From: an uncultured delta proteobacterium
GTDB taxonomy: Bacteria; Desulfobacterota; RBG-13-43-22
Direction of reading: 5' to 3'
DNA: 64,000 bases
Assembly: GCA_963746605.1 (NCBI GenBank)
Contig: CAVVCH010000054.1
Location: forward strand, 21,366-85,365
This document shows, in pieces, positions 8,171 through 19,541 of the stretch (its first letter is position 1; every line of letters starts with the position of its first letter). The notes beneath the pieces were generated by a model. It was given only the letters and a program-made list of their open reading frames with translations. It was not told where the DNA came from and ran no database searches. The position numbers and the translations under genes were made by a program.

Positions 8171-10266
8171 ATGAAATTTTTTTTTGAACCCCGGGGAGTG
8201 GCTGTCATCGGCGCCACGCCCAAGCCCAACACCGGCGGCTTAAGTCTGATCACCAACCTGACCCTGGGCTACGACGGCCCGATTTACCCGGTCAACCCCC
8301 GTTACTCGGAAATCGTCGGCCTCCCCTGTTACCCGCGCATATCCGAAGTCCCCGATCCCATCGAATTGGCCCTGATCTTCGTTCCGGCCCCCGGCGTACC
8401 CTCCGTGCTGGAGGAATGCCTGGCCCGCGGCTTGAAAGGGGCCATCATCGAATCCGGCGGCTTTGCCGAAGTGGGTCCCGAGGGAAAGGCCCTTCAGGAC
8501 CGCTGCCTGGAAATCGCCCGCCGGGGCGGAATGCGGCTCTGGGGTCCCAACTGCATGGGACTGATCGATATCCGGAAACGATATGTTTTTTCCTTTCTCA
8601 CCCCGGATGCCTGGCAGGATGTGTTAAACCCCGGGGGCGTCTCGCTGATCGTTCAGAGCGGCCTGCTGGCCGGCGGTTTTATGACCACCCTCATGAGCCA
8701 TAAGACCCTCGCCCTGGCCAAGGCCTGCTCCATCGGCAATAAAAGCGACGTGGATGAAACCGATCTGCTGGAATATTTCTTGGAAGATGCCGACACCCGG
8801 GTCATCGCTCTCTACGTCGAGTCGTTCCCCCGGGGGCGGCGTTTTTTCGATCTGGCCTCCCAGGGGAAAAAACCCATCGTGGTGCTCAAGGGGGGTAAAA
8901 GCGCCTCCGGCGCCCGGGCAGCCGCTTCCCACACGGCTTCACTGGCCGGGAACTTTGAACTGGTCCGGGGCGCGCTGGACCAGGCCGGGGTTTATCAGGC
9001 CGATGATTTTTTTGAGCTGGTGGACCTGGCCCGGACCCTGGAAATGGATTTCGTTCGGGACCGGCCCGACGAAGGGAAAACCCCGGGTGGGTGTCTTTAC
9101 CTTCAGCGGGGCCGCCGGGATCGTGACCAGCGATCACCTGGAGGCCGAGGGCCTGACGCTGGCCACCCTTTCTCCGGAAACCCGGCAGCGGTTGGAACAA
9201 TATTCTCCCTCTTGGATGCCGGTGAACAATCCGGTGGATTTCTGGCCGGCCATGGAAAAACATGGTCCGGAGATCACCTACCGGGAAGGGCTGGCCGCCC
9301 TGGTGAACGATCCCGGGGTGGACGGGATCATCGTTCATCTTTTTGCCGGGTTCGGGGTCTGGTTCCTGGATATGGAAAAAATTCTGTCCGGCCTCCCACG
9401 ACCCTGCAAGCCCATCCTTTTCTGGGTCATGGGCCATGAGAAAGGTTTTCAGGCCACCCGGCTGGCCATCGAAAAACAGGGCTTCCCGGTCTTCAACGAA
9501 ATCCAACGGGTGGTCCGGGTGCTGGCCGGAATTCTGGAAGGCCGGGAAACAGGAGCCGTTGCCCCCGAAAAACACACTCTCCCGGATTGAACCGCTGCTC
9601 CGACAGATAAAACAAGCGATCGAAGTCCGCCCGGAAAAGGTTCTGGATGAGTGGGAGTCCAAAAAGATACTCCGGGAATTGGGCTTGGCCACCGTGCCGG
9701 AAATCCTCGTCGAGGACCTGCCGGGCGCCCTGGAAGCAGCCCATTCCTTCGGCTACCCGGTGGTGCTTAAAGGCCGGTCACCGGGTCTGGTCCATAAGAC
9801 CGAGGCCGGCCTGGTTCGACTCGACCTCCACACCCCGGAACAGCTGCAATCCGCATTCCGGGAAATGACCGCCCGCCCAAATCCTCCCGCCTCTTTTATG
9901 GTTCAACCGCAGCTCAAAGGCGACCTGGAATTAATCGTCGGGGTGGTCAGGGACCCTCAATTCGGGCCGGCGGTGATGCTGGGCCTGGGGGGGATCCGGG
10001 CCGAAATTTACCGGGATGTGGTCTTTCGCCTGGCTCCGGTAACTGAGGAAACCGTCCGACGCATGGCGGAAGGGTTGAAAGGTCAGGTACTTTTCCAGGG
10101 CTATCGGGGGGCCGCCCCGGTGAAGATGGATTTATTAGCAGAATGGTTGATTCGTTTGGGAGAATTGGCCTGCCAGGTGGAGGCCATCCAGGAAATCGAC
10201 GTGAATCCCCTGTTGGTGGTGCAGGGAGAGCCGATCGCCGTGGATGCCTCCATTATTCTAAGATGA
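8171..10266 (+). pseudogene. Acetate--CoA ligase (ADP-forming) / CoA-binding family protein split into three ORFs by two frameshifts
   Basis: ORFs 8171..9439, 8754..9590 and 9343..10266 carry, in order, the CoA-binding domain (VAVIGATPKPNTGG), the central domain and the ATP-grasp domain; frame changes near 9080 and 9575 coincide with homopolymer runs. Confidence 0.7.
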
Positions 10267-10701
10267 TCGGCTGAAAGGATCCCTTACGTCAAGAAAAGAA
10301 AATTTGAGAAAGTCTCGATCGTGAGTAAAAAGTGTTTTAACGCCATGTTGTCGGAGCAGCGCGGCCAAATGGGAATCCGGCACCAAGTTCCCCCGAGTGG
10401 GAACCTCGGCTGTGACTTCACGGTAGATTTCCCAAAAACCTTCCTCCTCAGATAGAAGGCGGGCATGGGGGAGGTTAAGGAGAGACTCCATATTGGCCAT
10501 GGCTTCTTCGGGTGATAGCGGGTGTTCGAATACCGCCGCGTGCGTGGCTATGCGTAAGTAACCCATAACCGTAGGCCAGCCCAGATAAAATAGGTCCCTC
10601 TTCGTAATACAATCCCCGATAAAGGTCCTGGCCTCATTGAAGAAAGGACTGTTCGTGTCCGAGGCGTAAAGGAGAATGTTGACGTCCAGGGCAAAACTCA
10701 T
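10258..10701 (-). CDS. vapC: Type II toxin, PIN domain (VapC family)
   Basis: 147 aa; LDVNILLYA ... LVPDSHLAALLRQHGVKTLFTHDRDF; 4-bp overlap with the upstream antitoxin. Confidence 0.75.
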   Translation of the reverse strand: MSFALDVNILLYASDTNSPFFNEARTFIGDCITKRDLFYLGWPTVMGYLRIATHAAVFEHPLSPEEAMANMESLLNLPHARLLSEEEGFWEIYREVTAEVPTRGNLVPDSHLAALLRQHGVKTLFTHDRDFLKFSFLDVRDPFSRSS

Positions 10702-10961
10702 GTTTTTTTCGAACTTCGGACAGAGGAAGTTCCTTGTTCCATCGCCCGGTACACGGCCTCACGATCCGCCAAATCAACGCGAACACCCATCGGTTTTGAA
10801 ATCCATCGTGTCGTCTGGATCGGACGCTTAACCGATTGACGCTCCCCTAGCGCCTGGGCCAGCAGATTGGAGATCAACCGTCCCAGGGATTGCTTATCCT
10901 GCTTTTGAATCTTCTTCAAGTCCATTAGAATTCGATCGTCAATATTTACCGTGGTTCTCAT
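10698..10961 (-). CDS. vapB: Type II antitoxin (VapB-like, ribbon-helix-helix)
   Basis: 87 aa; MRTTVNIDDRILMDLKKIQKQDKQSLGRLISNLL; gene order and overlap with the PIN toxin. Confidence 0.65.
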   Translation of the reverse strand: MRTTVNIDDRILMDLKKIQKQDKQSLGRLISNLLAQALGERQSVKRPIQTTRWISKPMGVRVDLADREAVYRAMEQGTSSVRSSKKT

Positions 10962-11390
10962 GATGTTTTGATGATTAAATAGAACGCATCAGATGTCAAG
11001 CCTATTTTTGATCAAAAGATAAATGGCCGTATTTCGCCCAATAACGAATGGGAGGCTTAGCCAACGCACGTTTGAATTTTAATGAGCAGCGCCCCCAAAA
11101 AAAGCTTGACAATGAATTGGCAATGAAATATCACGTTTCTTAAATGGAAACTTTGGTTTAATAAAAAACTTTATATATAATAATTAGTTGATTTATATTA
11201 TATTAATCGTGCTTGACCGTATACAAAACCCTTATGCTTTTGAATCTGATTTAGGATATACTTAATCGGCATCCCGTTCCTCCTCTGGTGATGGTTTGTT
11301 TTCGCACAACTTCCATCTTGCCAGATTTGAGAGCGGGGTGCTCTTCCATTTTAAACTAACTTTTATACTCGATTGGTGACCTTTATTACC

Positions 11391-11543
11391 CACTCTATTC
11401 TTCTTGTAGAGCAGAATATGTTTGTGGCTCTGCGTCAAGCCCAGAGGATCTATGTCATGTCCAAAGGGAAGATCGTCTTCGAAGGAACCAGCCAAGCTCT
11501 TCAGGAAGCAGAAGCTATTCGTAAAAAATACCTGGAGGTTTAA
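11391..11543 (+). pseudogene. 3' remnant of a LivF-like branched-chain amino acid ABC transporter ATPase gene
   Basis: Frame reads HSILLVEQNMFVALRQAQRIYVMSKGKIVFEGTSQALQEAEAIRKKYLEV*, matching the conserved LivF C-terminus; no upstream continuation, AT-rich sequence instead. Confidence 0.5.
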
Positions 11544-11596
11544 TAGGCCGCCGTGCCTGGGCCTTTATTTCTTGATCATTCAAGGAGCGTATCTTC

Positions 11597-13472
11597 ATGA
11601 AAGAGAATTATCTAATTCAAAACCTCGATGACATCGCAGCGCTGGAAGAGGTTCCCCTCCTGGAGCGCATCAAGGAAAGAAATACCTATGAGCTGCTGGA
11701 GAAAGGGGCCGCCATCAATCCTCAGGCCAAGGCCTTGACCTTCCTGCGGAGTGGAGAGGCCTACCTGGATCCGGTTCAATACACCTATCAAGAGCTCATG
11801 GGCAAGATCCGTCAAACAGCCAATCTGTTTCACGACCTGGGAATCGGACCCCGGGATGTGGTCACGTATCTCTTACCCAACCTTCCCCAGACCCACTTTG
11901 TTCTTTGGGGGGGTGAGATCGCCGGCATTTCCAATCCTATCAATCCCATGCTCGAGGCGAATACTATCCGGGACATCTGTCAGGCGGCCGGGACCAAGGT
12001 CCTGGTCGCTTTGGGAGAGACCCCCGGTTCGGATGTCTGGAGCAAAGTTGAGGCCATCCGCAAAGAGATCCCTTCCCTAAAATATGTAGTCCGGGTCCTA
12101 GGCCCCGGTGATGAGGCCGAAGGGATTATCGGTTACGAAGAACGGATGGCCGCCTATCCGGAAGAGAGGTTGACTTTCCAACGGGTCTTCGATCCCGAAG
12201 ATATCGCCTCTCTTTACCATACCGGTGGAACAACCGGTCGGCCCAAATTGGCCCGGCGCAGTCATTTTAACGAAACCGTCCTGGCCTGGGATTTAAGGAT
12301 CAGTATTGGCTTGCAGCCTGGTGAAGCGGTCATGTGCGGGCTGCCCCTCTTTCATTGCAACGGGACTTGTGTGACCGGCTTGTCGCCTTTTTCCATTGGA
12401 GGAGAGGTGGTCCTCCTTTCCCCGGCCGGCTACCGCGATCCGGCCGTCATCAAAAACTTTTATAAGATCGTGGAGCGTTACCGCCCGGTCATGTTTTCTT
12501 GTGTGCCCACGGTCCTGTCCATGCTTCTGGATACGCCGGTGGGAGGTGCGGATATCTCGTCGCTCCGTTATTTGATCTGTGGGGCCGCCCCTTTGAGCGT
12601 GGAACTCTTCCGCCGCTTTGAACAGCACTCGGGGATGAAGATTCTGGAAGGATACGGTTTGACCGAATCAACTTGTGCTTCCGCCGTAAATCCCAAGGAT
12701 GGGGAGCGCAAGGTAGGCAGCATTGGATTGAAATTGCCTTATCAGCAGATCAAGATCGCTATTCTGGATGAGCAGGGTCAATATCTCCGGGATGCCCAGA
12801 CTGGGGAGATCGGGGCGGTCTGCATCAAGGGGCCCACCATCTTTAAAGGGTATGTGGAGGAAATCCACAACCGGGGCATCTGGATCGGGGACGGCTGGTT
12901 CAATACCGGCGATCTGGGCCGGCAGGATGAGGACGGTTACCTCTGGCTGACCGGGAGGAAGAAGGAATTGATTATTCGAGGGCGGTCATAATATCGATCC
13001 GGCCGCTATTGAGGAACCGCTTTATAAGATGGAAGGCATCAAGATGGCCGCCGCCGTGGGACGTCCGGACCCGCATGCCGGCGAGGTCCCGGTCGCCTAT
13101 GTAGAGGTCCATGAGGGAGCCGCGGTGAACCCCGACTCTATCATGGAATGGGCCCGACAGCATGTGGGGGAAAAGGCCGCCATTCCTAAGGAGGTCGTCA
13201 TCCTCGACCGAATTCCCCTGACCGCGATCGGTAAGATCTTCAAGCCGGCCTTACGTTGGGATGCCATCCGTAGGACCTACGAGCAGGAACTGAAGAACCT
13301 CGGCGACTTGGCCCAGACCCTGGAGGTTACCGTAGGGGAGGATAAGGTCCACGGAACCCAGGCGACCATCCGGGTCAAGCCGGCGCCTGAGACCGATCGC
13401 TCCACCCTGGTCAACCGAATTTCCGAACTGCTGGCCCGGTATACCGTTCATTACGAAGTGATTCTGGAATAG
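11597..13472 (+). CDS. AMP-dependent synthetase/ligase (acyl-CoA synthetase), one frameshift near 12975
   Basis: ORF 11597..12991 has the AMP-binding motifs (YHTGGTTGRPK, TGDLG); ORF 13029..13472 is the C-terminal domain; the junction sits in a G-run. Confidence 0.75.
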
Positions 13473-13549
13473 GCTGCCTGGTAAAGATGTCCGTGGTTAG
13501 AACCAGTCAAGAAATAAGCTGTACAATACCGCTAATATCTCCGTTCATG

Positions 13550-13598
13550 CTGAGCCTGTCGAAGCATTGCCGTATCGTTCACCCTTCGACAAGCTCAG
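13550..13598. repeat. Family A-like palindrome (CTGAGCCTGTCGAAG ... CTTCGACAAGCTCAG)
   Basis: Near-perfect inverted repeat in a convergent intergenic region. Confidence 0.45.
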
Positions 13599-13707
13599 GG
13601 CGAACGGTTGTAGGGCCGTTTGTCAAGGTTATTTGTTTACAGATCCTTACCAGGTGGTTGTCGGCGATAGGTTGTTTGAGTTAGCCCAAAGGCCCTGACC
13701 TGGTGGA

Positions 13708-15394
13708 CTACTCCGCCGCGGGAGGGAAGTAGAGAACAAAGCTGGCGCCCGAGCCGACAGTGCTTTCCACCTGGATCCACCCCTTGTGATCCTCCAGGAC
13801 TTTCTTGGCCATGGAAAGACCCAGTCCGATCCTTTTATCGGAGACCCTGGTCGTGAAAAAGGGTTCAAAAATCCGGTTCAGATCTTCTTCCTTAATCCCT
13901 TCGCCGGTGTCGCTTACCTTGACCGTCGCATAGGCCGACCCGTTGACCGTCGCTGTACCCGTGGCCACAGATAGCCGGCCTCCGTGCGGCATAGCGTCGA
14001 TGGCATTGAAAATAAGATTCTCGACCGCCACCAGGAACAACTCCCTTTCCCCCTCGATGGGCGGCACGTCTCCCAAGGACCGCTCTATGGATATGGAGCG
14101 CTCTTTACACAGCTCCTCGAAAATCCCCAGGGCTTCCCGGACAATGTCTTTCAGGTCGCACCTCTCCGGGCGGGCGGCTTGGCCCCAGGATAAAGAAAGG
14201 ACGTTTCGCAATATGATTTCCAGGCGGCCGACCTCGGCCAGAATAAATTTCGTATACTCCTTCTCTTTAGACCCTTCGGGAATCTTTTTGTCGAGTCTCC
14301 TGACGAATCCGCCGACGGCGGTCAGGGGGTTTCTGATTTTGTCGGCCACACTGGCGGTTATTCTGCCCGAGGGCCGCTCTTTTCTCCGCCTCGGCCAATT
14401 CCTCCTTAAGCCGGCTTTTCTCCATTTCGGCTTGCTGACGCATCATCACGGCGGCCAGGGTATCGGCCACGGCCGCCAGGAACCTCTCTTCCTCCAAGGT
14501 TTTTTCGTGGCTTTCTTCGATGGAGATGATGATCAGTCCCAGCGTCTGTCCGGCTGAGGCAATGGGCAGGCAATAATAGCCGTGCGGAAATTGAACGGGC
14601 CGTTGGATTCCCTGTTTTCCGTCCAAACATTCCGTACGGGCCGTCGTACAGGTTGAGATGTCTTTCCCGCACAGGCATTGGCCGAAGGAGATCCTGGCGC
14701 AGGGAGGGGGCATTTCGGGAAGGGTGCGCCAGGCTTTTAAAACCAGGACTTCCGGTTCGTTTTCGACTGTATAGATGCTTCCCTGGCCTTGGGAGGAAAG
14801 GCCGGGGATCATCAAAATCAGGTCCAGTACTCTGTTCAACTGCTCTTCCAGGGAAATCGGCTCCAAGGAAATCTTGAGCACGGAGCTGATGGCCGTCTGG
14901 ATCCGGTAATTCCGCTCAATCTGCAATTCCGCCTGCTTGCGTTCCGTGACGTCTCTAATCGAGGCAATGACCAGCAATTCCCCGTTCGTCTCGATCGGAC
15001 TCAGACTGATGTCAGCCGGGAATTCGGTCCCGTCTTTTCTGAGTCCGTAGATATTAAGGGCGGCTCCCATGTTTCGAACACGGGGATGCGAAAAGTAGTC
15101 GGCCACATTCTTTCTATGGTTGAGGCCATATCTTTCCGGAATCAGGAGGTGAAGGTCCTTACCAATCAAATCTTCATCGGAGTATCCGAATAATTTCTCC
15201 GCCTGGGCATTGGCGAGAACAATCCGGGCCTCTCGATTGACGAAGAACATGGCGTCCGGGGTCGATTCCACGAGTTTATCGTATTTGCCCTGGATGGCCT
15301 GCTTTTCCCAACCGCACCTATCGAGTAACTGAAGTTGCCGGCGCATTTTTTCCAGTTCCTGCGATAGTTGCTCTCTGGTCATGCGTTTTTTCAT
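13708..15394 (-). CDS. PAS/GAF-containing sensor histidine kinase, one frameshift near 14350
   Basis: ORF 14267..15514 carries the PAS and GAF regions, ORF 13708..14349 the HisKA/HATPase_c part (IRNPLTAVGGF, DTGEGI); likely start MKKRMT at 15394. Confidence 0.75.
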
Positions 15395-15734
15395 AATATC
15401 TCCATTGGATTTGCGGATGCGAATTATTATAATGATATTTTTCCATTTATCTCCAAAAAAAGAATGAGGGCCCGACGTGGTCTTTCGCCTCGATCCCGAT
15501 CGGGCGCGAAGCAATTAAGGCTATGATTTCCAAGCAAAAGGGGCAGACCCAGCCGGAAGGCTTTTGCGGGATGGCCCCCGTCAATCTGGACCTCCTGGCA
15601 GACCGTCCTCACTGGTTTAGGTGAATCGGGGATGGCCGCGGGCGGCCTCCTGGGAACCGGTCTTTTATGAATGGATCCAACCAACCGAGGCCCTCGTTTC
15701 ACCCCATACGGTTTTCCCGTTTGAACAACGGGTT

Positions 15735-15950
15735 ACCCCATTACTCCCTCCCTCCTTACTCCTTACGGTATTCAGCCCTGCGATCCGCCCTCGCGACTGA
15801 CAGCTTGCGTTCTCTTTCGGCTCACTGCCTTCCGCTTTCAATCCTCTTTCTCCCAATCTATGATTTCTCTCTTCTGTCCTCTCTCTTCTCCCTTCTTCCT
15901 CTCCCCTCTTCCATCTTGTCTTTTTCCCTTGACTTCCTACAAAACCTTTT
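15735..15950 (+). repeat. Polypyrimidine (C/T-rich) low-complexity tract
   Basis: About 200 bp that is almost entirely C and T on the plus strand, e.g. ctctttctcccaatctatgatttctctcttctgtcctctctcttctcccttcttcctctcccctcttccatcttg. Confidence 0.6.
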
Positions 15951-16052
15951 TATATACGTATACTTACACCATAATGTAGTGGACGCCAATAAAGCGATCA
16001 CCGGCGGTCGCCATTAGAGGTGAGCGTCGCCGGATAGGTTGAGATTTCCGAG

Positions 16053-16337
16053 ATGAGGGCCTTTAAACGCGTTCCGAAGTGAAGAGCTGCTACCCGAGGA
16101 ATTATTGGGTTTATTCAGAACAATGGCTGGTTTTACTCATTGGCCCGCCGGAAGCTGAGACAACTTGAGATTGCCGGTAGGATAGATGATCTGAGAGTGC
16201 CGCCCGGAAATCGTCTTGAAACACTCAAAGGTGATCGTTACGGCCAGTACAGTATTCGTATCAACGATCAATGGCGTGTCTGTTTTAATTGGAATGAAGA
16301 AGTTGCAGAAAATGTTGAAATCGTGGATTACCATTAA
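16053..16337 (+). pseudogene. higB: HigB-family toxin, degraded (N-terminal part out of frame)
   Basis: C-terminal 65 codons read RKLRQLEIAGRIDDLRVPPGNRLETLKGDRYGQYSIRINDQWRVCFNWNEEVAENVEIVDYH, a typical HigB C-terminus; the only ATG (16053) gives MRAFKRVPK then a stop. Confidence 0.55.
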
Positions 16338-16349
16338 GGAGACCCAATC

Positions 16350-16602
16350 ATGAATAAACTCAAACCCATTACTCCCGGTGAAATCCTGCTGGAAGAATTT
16401 CTTAAACCGATGGGGTGAACCAGTTCGCTTAGCCAAAGACATAGGAGTCCCACCCCAGCGCATCAGCGATATTGTTGCCGGTAAGCGAGCCATACGGCGG
16501 ACACCGATGGCACTACGGCTGTCCAGATCCTCTGGTCTGACGAACGGCTACTTGGCTGCGCGCTCAGGCTGCCCATGCATCACTGAAATCGCGGAGCGTT
16601 GA
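16350..16602 (+). pseudogene. higA: HigA-family HTH antitoxin, frameshifted
   Basis: MNKLKPITPGEILLEEFLKPMG then a frame change; second frame ...LAKDIGVPPQRISDIVAGKRAI... is the Xre-type HTH. Confidence 0.55.
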
Positions 16603-16609
16603 ACTGATC

Positions 16610-17500
16610 GGTTCTGGCAAAAATCAGCCCCTCCCCACACCACCTAGCATGCGGGTCCGCACTAGGCGGTTCCCAGAGGCTACCGAGCCGTAGCCGGGTA
16701 ATGGATGTTTACCCACTGATCTTTGACAGACAGCAAACCTTGATCCTTGAGTCACGCCAAGGCGTGATCATGCCTGTCTGGGTGGCCAGCGTGCGTGAGA
16801 GTCGCCAGGGGCCTTTCCGGCTCATCCCGACCGAGATAGCGGTCCGCAGGTGTTCATTGGGATTGGGCTTATCGGCAACGCGCCGGCCACTCGCTCCCCC
16901 GGACGGGTTTATGGCGATGGTCGAGCTTACCGGGCCTTTTCCCTGCTCTGGGTTCGGTCCTTCGTTCGTTGATGGCGAACTACTATGACCTCGGCTGACT
17001 CCTGCCCGGTCAATCGACATGTTTCCAGGCCGGATGCTGTCCAATGTTAACTGGACCGCCTGCCGAACAGGTCTCCCCGGACTCAGTTCAGTACTCCCTC
17101 AGGGGTTAAGACGTGATCTGTCGTTACACAACCGCGGCATTTACCGCGTCTCCTAAACCCGGGGCTTTGTCATGTCGTGCTGACTTACCCGGAGACTTGG
17201 CCTTGTATGCCATTTCTGTACCCCGGATCAGGTCCGGGGCAGGCTTGGCTCATAGCTTTGCGCTCCAGCTTCCTTCGGACGATCCCTCGCGAGCATCGCC
17301 CTTGCTTTCGGCTAGTATTTATGTTCCTGTCTTACGACAGTACGGGTTTACATCAGGGGACTTTCACCCCATAAGATCACGCCCATGCCGGGCGTACACT
17401 AGAATCGTTCGCACCGGATCGGCACCGCTACCCCGGGACAAAACGCGGACATGAAGCTGGTCTCGTGACAAAATGGTCGAGGCTACCGATGGAAAGGATT
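16610..17500. other. ORF-free GC-rich segment of about 0.9 kb; candidate structured RNA or decayed element
   Basis: Six-frame ORFs here give only Pro/Arg/Ser/Gly-rich non-protein-like translations; many local hairpins, e.g. CCCCGGA-ucagg-UCCGGGG at 17221-17239. Confidence 0.2.
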
Positions 17501-18363
17501 ATGGAGGAATACGGACAAGAGGAACCGTGGATGTATAATTCAAAACAAAGTCCTTCGTAATGGTGCAACAAAGATCGATGAAGCAGTTGTATCCTGCTAA
17601 AGAACTTGCCTCCATTAGCTGTAGGTCGCAGGGAATGTTTTCCGGCATGCGGGACGTCATTATGTTTGATCGAAGCAGGTGTCTTGGCGCATATCTGTTT
17701 TTTGATATGCCAGGCGAGGCGAGCTACCTAACGGCAGGACATCTTGCGCAGGTCTTAGGAGGGAAGGCAAGTTTTAAGCGTGAATTGTCGCGCATTTGAT
17801 CAGAAATCCAATGCAAGTCAATCCTCTGGACCTCTATGGGGTCTTTCGTTTCTTTGCGATCCAAGAATTCTTGATGAACTGCTCTGGCATTTCCATAAGA
17901 AAGGAGGTTGGCCATTTCTTTCAGGCCCAGAGATTCGCCCTTTCGGCTCCGGTGGCCAGTTTCTGGATGTCCACGATTTCATGAACGCATGGGCAACGTT
18001 GGGAATCGGCGAACTCACTTTTGCCTTGGGCCAAACGATTGACTCAACTGCGGACATTCTTGCGGTCAATGCAATGCGTGCGGCGGGAATGAGCAACGTA
18101 CTGAATTTGGAGGCGGGCGAATTTTCAGAAGGCCTCTATCATTCTGAAATGGCAATACTTGTCATGCATATCGATCTGGGTACGGATTAGAAAACTCAGG
18201 CCAAGGTGAAGCCGCGAGAGGCTATAAAAGCAAGAAAATGCCCGAACAACCGCGTCAACACCGACCGGCGCCACACGGGTTTCCCAGAGCTCGTTCGCCG
18301 AGCAAAAATGGGGTCAAATCTTTATTATTGACATCTTCTGTTCTAATTTGATACAGGGATTCC

Positions 18364-18906
18364 ATGAGCCGACCTTTGCGCATCCGATATCCCGGGGCGG
18401 TATATCACGTCACCTGTCGGGGCAATGACCGTCAGGACATCTTCCGGGACGATACGGACCGGACGGAGTTCCTGGAAATCCTGGCGGGGTCCCAAACCAT
18501 CTATAACGTGAAGATGTACGCCGCGGTTTTGATGGGGAACCATTTTCATTTGCTGCTGGAGACCCCTCTGGGCAATCTGAACGAATTCATGCGGCGGTTT
18601 AACATCACGTATACCGGCTATTTCAACCGCCGGCACCGGCGGGTGGGCCACTTGTACCAGGGCCGATATAAAAGCATTCTGGTAGAAAAAGAGAGCTATC
18701 TGTCCGAGCTGTCCCGTTATATCCACTTGAACCCGGTCCGGACCCGAGAGCTGGAATCGGAGAACGCCAAAGTCCGGTGGCACTATCTGCTGGACTATCC
18801 CTGGAGCACCTTCCCGGGATATTTGAATGCCAAAGACCGATGGCCGGGGGTGGATTACGGGTTGGTCTTAGGTGAATTCGGCGTGGACAACCCGAATAAA
18901 AGATAA
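18364..18906 (+). CDS. Y1 HuH transposase-like protein (IS200-like fold), truncated paralog
   Basis: 180 aa nearly identical to the first 170 aa of ORF 20843..21823 (HVTCRGN, HFHLLL, YQGRYKS); diverges after ...EFG and ends early. Confidence 0.7.
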   Translation: MSRPLRIRYPGAVYHVTCRGNDRQDIFRDDTDRTEFLEILAGSQTIYNVKMYAAVLMGNHFHLLLETPLGNLNEFMRRFNITYTGYFNRRHRRVGHLYQGRYKSILVEKESYLSELSRYIHLNPVRTRELESENAKVRWHYLLDYPWSTFPGYLNAKDRWPGVDYGLVLGEFGVDNPNKR

Positions 18907-19262
18907 AGTAATGGAACACGTGTTCTCCGGACGTCTTAGTCACGCGGGCATCGATACAGCGAAGCGAAAATCGTCGGCGGTCAATGTTCATGGTACCGGG
19001 TCGGGGAATACCCAACAGGATGCCGGGATACACCATCTAATGCAACGTGCTTCGATCGATGATGTCATTTCGACATGAAGCCTTGACTTGGGGTATGGGA
19101 TCCCAACGGGGCAGGCCCGGTTTGGCTAACAGCATAGAAGCCGATCGAGTGGGCGGAGTTAGATCTGCCAGACGGGGGACCGGGTTTGCCGCCTTGGCTG
19201 GATATTGGCGTTAGCCCGGAGACAAGATTGACAAAAGGCACACATTGTCGTAATCATATTAT

Positions 19263-19541
19263 ATGAATGTCTTTCGATGGGATAATGAAAAAAACGAGAT
19301 GCTCAGGAAGAACAGAGGTGTTTGTTTTGAACAGGTTGTCATACTGATGGAAAGAGGAGATGTTCTCGATACAATAGAACATCCAAACCAGGATAGATAT
19401 CCAGGACAAAAGATCGCCATAGTCAGGATTGATGACTACGCATATCTCGTTCCTTATGTTGAAAAAAGTGAGGAGCTGTTTCTCAAAACCATTATCCCCA
19501 GTAGAAAGGCTACAAACAAGTATGTGAGGACAAAGAAATGA
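19263..19541 (+). CDS. brnT: BrnT-family toxin
   Basis: 92 aa; FRWDNEKNEMLRKNRGVCFEQVV fits the BrnT N-terminal pattern; TTGACA box at 19228-19233. Confidence 0.7.
   Translation: MNVFRWDNEKNEMLRKNRGVCFEQVVILMERGDVLDTIEHPNQDRYPGQKIAIVRIDDYAYLVPYVEKSEELFLKTIIPSRKATNKYVRTKK

Noticed and set aside
16610-17500. Group II intron, RNase P RNA or tmRNA identity for the ORF-free segment
   Set aside because: No reverse transcriptase ORF. The best domain V-like hairpin (UGCG/CGCA inner stem with a 2-nt bulge) lacks the AGC catalytic triad and a GNRA loop. No RNase P or tmRNA signature motifs were found. Left as unassigned.
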